DNA from: an uncultured Candidatus Peribacteria bacterium | GTDB taxonomy: Bacteria; Patescibacteriota; Gracilibacteria; UBA1369 | Direction of reading: 5' to 3' | Assembly (NCBI GenBank): GCA_964571725.1 | Contig: CAZNDB010000003.1 | Span: 127,797 to 191,796, forward strand | DNA length: 64,000 nucleotides | Part shown: positions 43,655-53,117 of the stretch, one piece after another | Layout of the letters: every line of letters starts with the position of its first letter | Position numbering within the stretch: the first letter of the stretch is position 1 | Position numbers and translations under genes: made by a program | The notes under the pieces: generated by a model | The model's database searches: none | Told to the model about the DNA's origin: nothing | The model's input: the letters and a program-made list of their open reading frames with translations, nothing else

Positions 43655-46444
43655 ATGGTCCGCAAACTTATTGAAAGAATTATCGGTGAACCCAACGAAA
43701 GAGCCCTGAAAAAAATCCGCCCCCTGATCCCCAAAATTAACGCCATCGAAGAAGAATATCAAAAAACCCTGACTTCCGATGAGGATTTTCCACGTAAAAC
43801 CGCCGAATTCCAGCAAAGAATCGCCAACGGTGAATCCCTGGACGACCTGCTTCCCGAAGCTTTTGCCCTGGTAAAAAACGCCTGCCGCCGTATTCACGGC
43901 CGGGAGTTTGAAATCGGCAAACTGTACTCCGAAAAAAGCACCGCCGCCCAGGAAGAGCTGGAAAAAGAAGAGGGAAAAACACCCGAGGAAGTTGCCAAAG
44001 AAATTGCCGCCAATAAATATGTCTGGCGCATGATCCCCTTTGACGTGCAGCTGATGGGAGGCATCGCTCTGCATCAGGGAAAAATCGCTGAAATGAAAAC
44101 CGGTGAAGGAAAAACCCTGGTCTGTACCATGCCCCTTTATCTGAACGCTTTGGCAGGGAAAGGCGCTTTTCTGGTAACCGTAAACGAATATCTGGCCCAA
44201 AGAGACTCCGCCTGGATGGGCGTGCTGTTTAAATTTCTGGGACTTTCAGTGGGAGTGGTTCTGAACAATATGCCCACCAACGCCAAAAAAGAGGCCTACC
44301 GCTGTGACATTACCTACGGCACCAACAGTGAATTCGGTTTCGATTATCTGCGCGACAACATGTCCACCGAACCGGACGCGCTGGTTCAAAGGGAACTGAA
44401 TTACGCCATCGTGGATGAAGTGGACTCCATCCTGATCGACGAAGCCAGAACTCCTTTGATTATTTCCACCGCCGCCGCCGAATCCACCGACAAATATCAA
44501 AAATATACGCGTCTGGTCAAAGGACTGGAGGAAGGCGTGGACTTTGAAATTGATGAGAAACAGAAAGCCGCCACTCTAACCGAGGAAGGCATCGCCAAGA
44601 TGGAAAAAATGATGGGCGTGGACAATATTTATACCGACGCCGGATTTGAGGAAGTTCACCACATTGAGCAGGCACTCAAAGCCAATTACCTGTTCAAGAA
44701 CGACGTGGATTATGTCATCAAGGACGGGGAAATTGTCATAGTTGACGAATTCACCGGCCGTCTGATGGCCGGAAGACGCTATTCCGACGGTCTGCACCAG
44801 GCCATCGAAGCCAAGGAAAACGTGGAAATCAAACGTGAAAGCAAAACCCTGGCCACCGTCACCCTGCAGAACTATTTCAGACTGTTCAAGAAACTGGCCG
44901 GCATGACCGGTACGGCCAAAACCGAAGAAGAAGAATTCATGCAAATTTACGGACTGGAAACCATCGTCGTTCCCACCAACCGGCCGGTAGTCCGCTTCGA
45001 CCAGTCCGACGTCATTTTCAAAAACCAGCGCGGCAAATTCATGGCCGTCGCCTCCAAAGTCAAAACCGCCTATGAGAAAGGACAACCGGTATTGATCGGT
45101 ACGGTCTCCATCGAAAAATCGGAAGCTCTCAGTAAAATTCTGCAAAAAGAAGGTATCCCGCACGCCGTTTTGAACGCCAAATACCATGAAAAAGAAGCTG
45201 AAATCATCGCCCAGGCCGGCGTTAAAGGAGCCGTGACCATCGCCACCAACATGGCCGGTCGCGGAACCGACATCAAAATCGACGATGAAGTAAAAGGCCT
45301 GGGAGGTTTGCTGGTGATCGGCACGGAAAGACATGAATCCCGCCGCATTGACAATCAGCTGCGCGGCCGCACCGGCCGTCAGGGAGATCCGGGCGAAAGT
45401 CATTTCTTTGTCTCCATGGACGACGAATTGATGAGACTTTTTGCCGGCGAGAGAATCCAGCATATGATGGAAATGCTCAACCTGCCCGACGAAACCCCCA
45501 TCCAGAACAAAATGATCAGCAACTCCATTGAAAGCGCCCAGAAGAAAGTGGAAGGACGCAACTTCGACATCAGAAAACACCTGGTGGAATACGACGACGT
45601 GATGAACAAACACCGCGAAATAATCTATTCCCGACGCCGCAAAGCCCTCTTCAATGATAACATCAAAAACGACATCATCGTTCTGATTGAAAAAGAAGCC
45701 GAAAGAACCGTCCGCAACCATCAGATTGTGGAAAACCGCGAATACGATTGTGAAAAAATGATCGAAGACCTGAGCGTACTTGCTCCTGACGCCAAATCCC
45801 AGCTTTCCCTGGAACAGTTGTCCGACCTCAATGACGAGGAAGCTCTGATTGAACATCTGAAGCTGTTTTTGTTTGATCAATATCAACAAAAAGAAGACCG
45901 CCTGACCGACGCGGAGGTTTTGAGACGTCTGGAAAAAGCCGTGTCCCTTTCCATTATTGATTCTCTCTGGATGGAACACATCGACAACATGCAGAACCTG
46001 CGGGAAAGCGTCTCACTGCGCGGCTACGGCCAGCGTGATCCGCTGATCGAATACAAGGAACAGGCCTTCCAAATGTTTATGAAACTCCTGACCGACATCC
46101 AGATCAACACTATCAACACACTCTTCCGCCTGAACCTGGAGGCTCAGCTGCCTGCTCACCTGCTAAAACCCTCCGCGCCCGTCCAGCACTTTGTTACCAA
46201 CGCCGACAGCCTGGAAGGCAATTTGCAGAACAGCGGTCTGAAAGTTACAACTAACGCCGGCGGCGCAGCCGGATCCTCCGACTGGGCCATGTCCAATCAG
46301 CCGGCTTCCGGCAACCCGGCCAGAGTTGTCCGTAGCGGTGCCGAAAACTCCAGCCCGAAACTGGCCTGCGACGGACTGGGCCGCAATGAAATTTGTCCCA
46401 AATGTGGAGTAAAAGCAAAAAAATGCCCATACCAAAAATCCTAG
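43655..46444 (+). CDS. secA: preprotein translocase ATPase SecA
   Basis: 929 aa. EMKTGEGKTLV (Walker A), DEVDSILIDEARTPLIIS, TNMAGRGTDI, and a C-terminal Cys cluster CPKCGVKAKKCP. Confidence 0.97.
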   Translation: MVRKLIERIIGEPNERALKKIRPLIPKINAIEEEYQKTLTSDEDFPRKTAEFQQRIANGESLDDLLPEAFALVKNACRRIHGREFEIGKLYSEKSTAAQEELEKEEGKTPEEVAKEIAANKYVWRMIPFDVQLMGGIALHQGKIAEMKTGEGKTLVCTMPLYLNALAGKGAFLVTVNEYLAQRDSAWMGVLFKFLGLSVGVVLNNMPTNAKKEAYRCDITYGTNSEFGFDYLRDNMSTEPDALVQRELNYAIVDEVDSILIDEARTPLIISTAAAESTDKYQKYTRLVKGLEEGVDFEIDEKQKAATLTEEGIAKMEKMMGVDNIYTDAGFEEVHHIEQALKANYLFKNDVDYVIKDGEIVIVDEFTGRLMAGRRYSDGLHQAIEAKENVEIKRESKTLATVTLQNYFRLFKKLAGMTGTAKTEEEEFMQIYGLETIVVPTNRPVVRFDQSDVIFKNQRGKFMAVASKVKTAYEKGQPVLIGTVSIEKSEALSKILQKEGIPHAVLNAKYHEKEAEIIAQAGVKGAVTIATNMAGRGTDIKIDDEVKGLGGLLVIGTERHESRRIDNQLRGRTGRQGDPGESHFFVSMDDELMRLFAGERIQHMMEMLNLPDETPIQNKMISNSIESAQKKVEGRNFDIRKHLVEYDDVMNKHREIIYSRRRKALFNDNIKNDIIVLIEKEAERTVRNHQIVENREYDCEKMIEDLSVLAPDAKSQLSLEQLSDLNDEEALIEHLKLFLFDQYQQKEDRLTDAEVLRRLEKAVSLSIIDSLWMEHIDNMQNLRESVSLRGYGQRDPLIEYKEQAFQMFMKLLTDIQINTINTLFRLNLEAQLPAHLLKPSAPVQHFVTNADSLEGNLQNSGLKVTTNAGGAAGSSDWAMSNQPASGNPARVVRSGAENSSPKLACDGLGRNEICPKCGVKAKKCPYQKS

Positions 46445-46740
46445 AAAGAGCCGTGAAAAGCGACACCACCCTCACCAACCGCATTATCTTCTTTCTCTGC
46501 GGAATATTTTTCTCGGCCATCTTCTTCCTTACCATGCTGAAATTGCTCGGCACCAACGGCGTTTACCTGGCTCTGGCCATCAGCGTGGCCCTGAACGTCT
46601 GGCTGAAGAAAAACCGCAAAGACAAAATGCTCACCAACAGTTTCAACAACGGACTGATTACCTTTAATATTCTTTCGGTAAGTCTGGCCCTGATCATTTT
46701 TATAGTGTTTTTCGGGGCAATCCAGAATTTGCTAAACTGA
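46393..46740 (+). CDS. hypothetical small membrane protein
   Basis: Three predicted TM segments. It overlaps the secA 3' end; the real start may be the ATG at 46423 (MPIPK). Confidence 0.45.
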   Translation: MSQMWSKSKKMPIPKILERAVKSDTTLTNRIIFFLCGIFFSAIFFLTMLKLLGTNGVYLALAISVALNVWLKKNRKDKMLTNSFNNGLITFNILSVSLALIIFIVFFGAIQNLLN

Positions 46741-46799
46741 CACCATTAGTGTGAGCAGCCGAATCAGTAGTATAATGACGCTGTTTTTCAATTTCCCCC

Positions 46800-47786
46800 A
46801 TGAACAACATCGAAAACATTCTGGAGAAAATTCGGGAAAAGACCTCCGTCTCCGGACTAATGCCTCTTTATGAAGGTAAATATTACCTGCAGGACCAGAT
46901 CCGCGGCAGGATTTACCGATGCGATTATCAAGGCCGGCCAGCCATTTTGAAAATTCTGGATGATCCCCGTCTGATGCTGGAAGTCAGTGCTCACCGTCAA
47001 TTCCTGGAGAAGAACCAGAACCCTATCATCAAAGCACCGGAAATCTTTCAGGCCGAGCAATTGTCCCCGGGAATTGCCTGGATTCTGATGGAGAAAATCC
47101 CCGACGGACAGATCTTTGACCGCGCCTATATTGACTCGCACCGCAAGGAGTTCATTAAATTGTACCTGGAATACCGCCAAACCTTTCCGCAGTCTCCCTC
47201 CCGCCCGCTGGCCCTCTCCGAGTCCCTGCCGGCCAACGATTTCCACGTCATGCGCCTTTCCCGCTGGGCCGATCTGGCTACCACGGCGGAATACGCCTCA
47301 ATCTTGCAGAACCAGCCGCGTCTGCTGGATACCGAGCGCTTCGCAAAACTGTACAGCGAAAGCCTGCGGGTGATCAGCCGCACTTTTGCCGGCCGCCCGA
47401 TGGTCTGGAGCAAAGGAAATTTCTGGCCCAAACATCTGGTCCGCGCCACTGACGGCAAATATTGGATCTTCGATTTCAGTCTGACCAAAATGTACCCGGA
47501 AGGATATGAACTGGGCGGAATAGCCTGGTCCTGTTTTCTGATGGGTGATTATTATAACCTGCCGCTGACGGAATGGCTGACAAAGGTTGCAGACTGGCAA
47601 AAAGCCGTGCTCTCGGTAGCCCGCAAACTGGGTTACAAAAATCCCACCCGCCTGATCCGCAGCTGCCTGCTGGAGCGCACCTGGGGCACCATTTTGGCAG
47701 ACGTCCTGACTTCCGACAAGCCGGGCGAACAGAAAGCAAAAATGCTGGAATACCTGATCCAATTGGTGGAGCAATTATTGAAATAA
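46800..47786 (+). CDS. phosphotransferase (APH/choline-kinase-like) family protein, putative, with divergent catalytic motifs
   Basis: 328 aa. Overall layout (AILKIL Lys region; KGNFWPKHLV...YWIFDFS in the HGDxxxxN...IDW position) resembles the aminoglycoside phosphotransferase fold. The catalytic His-x-Asp is not conserved. Confidence 0.35.
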   Translation: MNNIENILEKIREKTSVSGLMPLYEGKYYLQDQIRGRIYRCDYQGRPAILKILDDPRLMLEVSAHRQFLEKNQNPIIKAPEIFQAEQLSPGIAWILMEKIPDGQIFDRAYIDSHRKEFIKLYLEYRQTFPQSPSRPLALSESLPANDFHVMRLSRWADLATTAEYASILQNQPRLLDTERFAKLYSESLRVISRTFAGRPMVWSKGNFWPKHLVRATDGKYWIFDFSLTKMYPEGYELGGIAWSCFLMGDYYNLPLTEWLTKVADWQKAVLSVARKLGYKNPTRLIRSCLLERTWGTILADVLTSDKPGEQKAKMLEYLIQLVEQLLK

Positions 47787-47795
47787 ATTTTCCAC

Positions 47796-48056
47796 ATGAA
47801 ACACGAAAAAAAAATCTGGCCGGAATATTTCCAGAAAATTCTGGAAGGGAAAAAGACCTATGAACTGCGTCTGGCCGACTGGGAATGCCACGAGGGAGAT
47901 GTTTTGTTTCTGCGCGAATGGGATCCGGCCACCCGTGATTACACCGGCCGCAGCCTGGAAAAAAAGGTCACCTATGTGGGCAAGACCAAAGATCTTCACC
48001 TCTGGACTGAAGAGGAAGTAGAAAAGTACGGTTATCAAATCATCGCATTTTCTTAA
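47796..48056 (+). CDS. ASCH/PUA-like DUF3850 domain protein
   Basis: 86 aa. KKIWPEYFQKILEGKKTYELRLADWECHEGDVLFLREW matches the DUF3850 N-terminal pattern. Confidence 0.65.
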   Translation: MKHEKKIWPEYFQKILEGKKTYELRLADWECHEGDVLFLREWDPATRDYTGRSLEKKVTYVGKTKDLHLWTEEEVEKYGYQIIAFS

Positions 48057-48062
48057 CACACC

Positions 48063-48088
48063 AAAAAGTCTGGGCACACAGACTTTTT
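48063..48088. terminator. bidirectional rho-independent terminator between convergent genes
   Basis: AAAAAGTCTG-GGCACA-CAGACTTTTT: perfect 10-bp stem (5 A:T pairs from the A/T runs) flanked by A5 and T5. Confidence 0.7.
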
Positions 48089-48125
48089 AGCAGTCAACCC
48101 AGTAAAACACCAATTCAGGAATTTC

Positions 48126-50561
48126 CTAATCCATATAAATTTCCCTAGCCTTGGCCCCGTTAACCGGACCAATAGCGCCCTTCTCTTCCATCATGTCCAA
48201 AAGGCGCGCTGCGCGCGCATAACCCACTTTCAGACGCCGTTGCAGAAGTGACGCGGAGGCTTTGCGGGATTCCATCACGACATTCAAGGCTTGCTCATAT
48301 AAATCATCCCCGACCTCCTCATCAGACAAACTGGATCGCGGCAAACCCTGAACCGAATCAGCGGCAATTTTGGGGGAAATAATGTCTTCGTACATCGGTT
48401 CACCGTGAAGTTTCACGTTATTGATGACCCGTTCAATTTCCTTGGTGGAAACGTAAATTCCCTGGATACGAACCAGCTTGCTGGTGCCTCCGCCCAAATA
48501 AAGCATGTCCCCCTTGCCCAGCAGATCTTCAGCGCCAATCGTATCAATAATCGTTCTGGAATCCACCTGGCTGGATACGGCAAAAGCAATTCTGGAAGGA
48601 ATATTGGCCTTGATCAAACCGGTGATCACATCAACCGACGGACGCTGCGTTGCAACCACCAGATGCATACCGACGGCGCGGGCCATCTGGGCAATGCGGC
48701 AGACTGAAGCTTCCACCTCTTTTCCGGTAGCCATCATCAAATCGTTCAACTCATCCACGATAACCACAATGTTAGGCATTTTTTGCGGAATCTCCTCCGA
48801 TTCCTTGTGATCCTCGGGCATCGACAGAAAGGTCGCGCCCTCATCAACGTCCACTTTGTCGTGAGCTTTTTCCACCGCCTCCTTAAACACGCCGCCATTT
48901 TCTTTCAGTGCACGGTCGGCAGCCGCCTGTCTTTCCCTGACCATTTCATTGTATTCGTTGATATTGCGGACACCATGATCGGAAAGAGCCCTGTAACGGC
49001 GGTTCATCTCGGCCACGCACCAGCGCAGGGCAATCGCGGCCTTTTCCGGATCATTAATTACCGGCGTAAGAAGATGAGGCAAACCGTTATAGACCTTCAA
49101 TTCGACCCGCTTTGGATCGATCAAAATCAGACGCAGATCGGAAGGCGAATTTTGATACAGCAGCGAAATCAGAAAAGCGTTCACCCCGACTGACTTTCCC
49201 GAACCGGTAGCACCGGCAATCAGCAAATGCGGCATGGTGGTCAAATCGGCACACATCGGTTTACCGGCCACATCGCGTCCCAGGGGGAAGCGCAGATTGG
49301 ATTTGATTTCATTATATTCCTTGCTCTCCAAAACTTCCCTGAGATGCACGATGCTGCGGTGCTCATTGGGGACTTCGATACCCACCAGACTTTTCCCGGG
49401 AATGGGAGCCTCAATACGAATGGCAGTCGCGGCCAGCGCCAGAGCCAGATCGTTCTTGAGCGTGGTAATTTTGGAAAGCTTGATACCTTCGGAAGGCTTC
49501 AAAGTATATTGAATAACAGTCGGCCCCACGTGTACTTCATGCATGGTTACGTCAATCCCGAACTGTTCCAGTTTGGCCTGAATTTTGCGGGCATTGTCGG
49601 CCAGCAGATCATCATCCAGCGCTACGTCCGGCACGGCGGGAGAAAGAATGTCCAGACTGGGCGGAGCCCAATGGCTGTCGGCATCGCTGGAACGTGAAGT
49701 GAGGGCTTCCTCGGATTCGTTTTTAATGGAAATTTTGCGGGTTTTCATTTTCGGTTCTTCCCCCTCCATAATTTCGCCCGTTTCCTGATCAATCACCGGA
49801 ACATCCTGGGAAATAGCCGCTCTTTTGATTTTCAGGGTCGGCACAGCCTCTTCCGGCATGGAGAAATCGCTGTCCGGCATCCGGTCAATCTTTTTGAAAA
49901 TTTCTTCCTCATTTATGTCATCATCCGCCCGGATCAAATCTTCATTGCGATGATTACGGCTGATTTTCAGGTCATCCACCTGGTTCAGACGGATCTGCGG
50001 CAGACTGGGTTTGAATAATTTCAAAATGGTCAAAAGAGACAACTGGAAAGTCAGCAATATCCCGGTCAAAAGCAGTACCAGAAAAACCGCGCTGGCACCC
50101 ACCGTACCCATCTTCAACACTTCCAGCAAAAAGAAATTGGTTGTAAATCCCACATATCCTCCATATTCACCCTTTTGAGCCACACTATAAATACTCTCCA
50201 TCGGTACAGACAAATGCAATATGGACAGCACCGCCAGCATCATAACCGCCACACCCGTTATCCGGGATAAGGGAAGATTAATGCGCTTGGATAAAAAGTA
50301 CATCAGCGAAACCAGGATCAGCACAAACGGGAAACCGTAAATCCCCCAGCCCAGTATCGGTTTCAGAAACTCCAGCCAGGCCTCCCCGATTATTCCAAAA
50401 CTGTTATTCAGACTGAGAATGGTAAACACCCCCAAACCGAGATAAAAAACCCCGTAAATTTCCCTCAAAACCGATTTGGGAACATTGAGAGTTATTGGAG
50501 CTTTTGCGGCTCTGCGGGTGCGGGCGCGCGTGGTAGTGCTTCTTTTTTTCCTTCTAGCCAT
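48126..50561 (-). CDS. ftsK: DNA translocase FtsK/SpoIIIE
   Basis: N-terminal TM domain, linker, Walker A IAGATGSGKSVGVN, VVIVDELNDLMM, and a C-terminal gamma wHTH ASASLLQRRLKVGYARAARLLDMMEEKG. The start is taken at the ATG at 50561 (MARRKKRS); the track ORF extends to 50615. Confidence 0.93.
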   Translation of the reverse strand: MARRKKRSTTTRARTRRAAKAPITLNVPKSVLREIYGVFYLGLGVFTILSLNNSFGIIGEAWLEFLKPILGWGIYGFPFVLILVSLMYFLSKRINLPLSRITGVAVMMLAVLSILHLSVPMESIYSVAQKGEYGGYVGFTTNFFLLEVLKMGTVGASAVFLVLLLTGILLTFQLSLLTILKLFKPSLPQIRLNQVDDLKISRNHRNEDLIRADDDINEEEIFKKIDRMPDSDFSMPEEAVPTLKIKRAAISQDVPVIDQETGEIMEGEEPKMKTRKISIKNESEEALTSRSSDADSHWAPPSLDILSPAVPDVALDDDLLADNARKIQAKLEQFGIDVTMHEVHVGPTVIQYTLKPSEGIKLSKITTLKNDLALALAATAIRIEAPIPGKSLVGIEVPNEHRSIVHLREVLESKEYNEIKSNLRFPLGRDVAGKPMCADLTTMPHLLIAGATGSGKSVGVNAFLISLLYQNSPSDLRLILIDPKRVELKVYNGLPHLLTPVINDPEKAAIALRWCVAEMNRRYRALSDHGVRNINEYNEMVRERQAAADRALKENGGVFKEAVEKAHDKVDVDEGATFLSMPEDHKESEEIPQKMPNIVVIVDELNDLMMATGKEVEASVCRIAQMARAVGMHLVVATQRPSVDVITGLIKANIPSRIAFAVSSQVDSRTIIDTIGAEDLLGKGDMLYLGGGTSKLVRIQGIYVSTKEIERVINNVKLHGEPMYEDIISPKIAADSVQGLPRSSLSDEEVGDDLYEQALNVVMESRKASASLLQRRLKVGYARAARLLDMMEEKGAIGPVNGAKAREIYMD

Positions 50562-50676
50562 ATTGAAAAACTTGTTGGATGTATTCTGGTCTGCGTTCCC
50601 CAGCAGTATAAACAAATCCTAGTCTTGCGGCAAATCTTCTGCTATATTCGGCACGTTAAAATTTAAGAATCGCATC

Positions 50677-52308
50677 ATGACTGTCCGTACCCGTTTTGCC
50701 CCGTCCCCGACCGGTTATCTGCACATCGGAGGCCTTCGCACCGCCCTCTACAGCTATCTTTATGCCAAACAGCAGGGGGGAACGTTTGTCCTGCGCATCG
50801 AAGACACCGACCAGACCCGCTATGTGGAAGGCGCCGTGGAAAAACTAATCAGGGTAATGGAACAAATTGGAATGACCGCCGATGAAGGACCGGTCGTCAG
50901 TGATAAACCATCCAACATCTACAAAGATCCCCGTTATTCCACGCTGACTGAAAAAGGCGACAAAGGCCCTTATATCCAATCAGAACGCCACGAACTATAT
51001 ACAAAGTATGCCCAGGAATTGTTAGAAAAAGGTCATGCCTATCACTGTTTTTGTACACCGGAAGATCTGGACAAAATGCGGGCGGAGCAAACTGCCGCCA
51101 AACTGGCCCCCATGTATGACCGCCGCTGTCTGAAACTGACTCCCGAAGAAGTCTCCGCCAAGCTTCAGTCCGGCGTTTCACACGTAATCCGTCTGAAAAT
51201 GCCCCGCGACCGCAAAATCGAATTCAAAGACCATGTCAGAGGCCGCGTTACCTTCATGGGCAACCAGGTTGACGATCAGGTTTTAATCAAATCCGACGGC
51301 CTGCCCACTTATCACCTGGCCAACGTGGTGGACGATCACCTGATGGAAATCACCCATGTCCTGCGGGCCGAAGAATGGCTGGCTTCCACTCCCAAACATA
51401 TCATCATGTATGAGGCTTTCGGCTGGCCGATTCCTGAATACGCCCACTTGCCCCTGATTCTCAATGCCGATAAAACCAAGCTTTCCAAACGTCAAAATGA
51501 CGTTTCCGTAGAATCATATCTGGATAAAGGTTACTCCCCTGAAGCACTCTTGAATTTTGTCGTTTTGATGGGCTGGAATCCCGGCAAGGGCAGCGAACAG
51601 GAAATCTTTTCGCTGGAGGAAATGATCAAGGCTTTCACGCTGGAAGGCATCAATAAATCCGGCGCTGTTTTCAATCTGGAAAAACTGGACTGGTTCAATC
51701 ATCTCTGGAATAAGATTAAATTTTACACAAAATTGGATCAGGAAGCTAAAAAACTGGACTCCGCAGTCCAGATCACCGTCGATAAACACCAGAATCACAC
51801 CTATACTTTTGCCGATCCCGCCCCGGCCGCCCAATTTGAGCAGAAACACAGCGAATTACTGCTGGCACTCTGTCCCTCCCTGCAGGAAAACCCGCTCTTT
51901 GCCGCCAACCGGGAGAAATTTTTGAAAGCCCTGCTGGTTACCGAAGAAAAAATCCTCCAGAAACCGGCCGACGCCTGGACTCAAATCCATTATCTTTTTG
52001 AGCCCAAACCACTCGACCAAAACCAGCTCCTGAACCCCAAAATGGGCGTTGAAACCCTGGACCAGGCCAAAGACTCGCTGAGCTTCTGCAAAGCCATCAT
52101 CGACCAGCTGAGCGGCCAGGAAACGCTGCTCGCGCTGAAAGAGCTGTTTCTGGGTAAAATCAAGGAAGCCGGCCGCAAAAACGGTGAAATTCTCTGGCCG
52201 CTCCGGGTAGCCCTGACTCACGAGGAATTTTCCGTGGGAGCTTTCGAATCAATCTGGGTACTGGGTAAGGAAGACACCCTAAAAAAGCTTGCCGAAATCG
52301 GCATTTAA
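50677..52308 (+). CDS. gltX: glutamate--tRNA ligase
   Basis: 543 aa. RFAPSPTGYLHIGGLRTAL (HIGH) and KLSKRQ (KMSKS). Confidence 0.95.
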   Translation: MTVRTRFAPSPTGYLHIGGLRTALYSYLYAKQQGGTFVLRIEDTDQTRYVEGAVEKLIRVMEQIGMTADEGPVVSDKPSNIYKDPRYSTLTEKGDKGPYIQSERHELYTKYAQELLEKGHAYHCFCTPEDLDKMRAEQTAAKLAPMYDRRCLKLTPEEVSAKLQSGVSHVIRLKMPRDRKIEFKDHVRGRVTFMGNQVDDQVLIKSDGLPTYHLANVVDDHLMEITHVLRAEEWLASTPKHIIMYEAFGWPIPEYAHLPLILNADKTKLSKRQNDVSVESYLDKGYSPEALLNFVVLMGWNPGKGSEQEIFSLEEMIKAFTLEGINKSGAVFNLEKLDWFNHLWNKIKFYTKLDQEAKKLDSAVQITVDKHQNHTYTFADPAPAAQFEQKHSELLLALCPSLQENPLFAANREKFLKALLVTEEKILQKPADAWTQIHYLFEPKPLDQNQLLNPKMGVETLDQAKDSLSFCKAIIDQLSGQETLLALKELFLGKIKEAGRKNGEILWPLRVALTHEEFSVGAFESIWVLGKEDTLKKLAEIGI

Positions 52309-52386
52309 AGGCACAATACCATACGCACAAATGGTCAAAAAACCATTTTACATAATATAAATCACGCCAGCATTAAAAGTAAAAAA

Positions 52387-52767
52387 ATGAACTTTAGTGA
52401 ATTATCACAAGTAGTACGATATCTGAGAAAAACGCTCCCCTGTTCCGGTTGCCAGGCAACCTATGAAGGCGAGAGCATTGAAGTACTGTCCACTTTTGAC
52501 GATCAGGGGCTTTTCAACCTGCACTGTCCTCATTGCCACAATCAAATACTGGTACACATCACCATCAGCGATGAGGAACGGAACCTGTCCGAGCCCAAGA
52601 GCAAGGGCAAACAAATCATCCGCGCCCACCGTGCCATCACCGAAAAGGAAATAGACAAGCAACTCTTGAACGGAACCAACATCTCCACCGATGACATTAT
52701 CAACATGCACTTTTTCCTCAATAAATTTAACGGGGATTTTAAACAACTTTTCTCTAAACAAAAATGA
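52387..52767 (+). CDS. hypothetical zinc-ribbon protein
   Basis: 126 aa with CSGC...CPHC (a four-Cys ribbon). No other motif. Confidence 0.5.
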   Translation: MNFSELSQVVRYLRKTLPCSGCQATYEGESIEVLSTFDDQGLFNLHCPHCHNQILVHITISDEERNLSEPKSKGKQIIRAHRAITEKEIDKQLLNGTNISTDDIINMHFFLNKFNGDFKQLFSKQK

Positions 52768-53108
52768 CCGTAAAATTAACCAACACCTCCTTTATATTGC
52801 TGACTTTTCTGACCGTAATCATGCTGGGCGGTTGCCAGTTCATGCAACAATCCGCCCGTGATATCCGCTCCACCATCGACGAAACGGTCACCAATGTTCA
52901 GGATAAAGCCAATTCGGTAAAGACCGGTATTGAAGAACGGGTCAATCAGGTGGAAACCAGCGTTAATCAGGTTAAGACGCAAGTGGATCAAACCAAACAA
53001 TCCATAGACGAAAAAATTCAACAGATTAACGAAGCCGGACAAAAAATTGAAGAAGCAAAACAGGCTATTGGTGAAGCCAACGAGGCTGTCGGCAGTATCG
53101 TGAAATAA
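52764..53108 (+). CDS. coiled-coil lipoprotein
   Basis: 114 aa. Lipobox LGGC after a hydrophobic leader. The remainder is repetitive and looks helical (VNQVETSVNQVKTQVDQTKQSIDEKIQQINEAGQKIEEAKQAIGEA). Its start overlaps the previous stop by 4 nt. Confidence 0.6.
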   Translation: MTVKLTNTSFILLTFLTVIMLGGCQFMQQSARDIRSTIDETVTNVQDKANSVKTGIEERVNQVETSVNQVKTQVDQTKQSIDEKIQQINEAGQKIEEAKQAIGEANEAVGSIVK

Positions 53109-53117
53109 CACTTTCAA

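Noticed and set aside
50616-50676. T-box or other riboswitch leaders upstream of gltX (and of metG at 25678-25753)
   Set aside because: The leaders are only about 60-115 nt, too short for a T-box (typically 200 nt or more). They lack a specifier-loop / T-box 14-mer arrangement.
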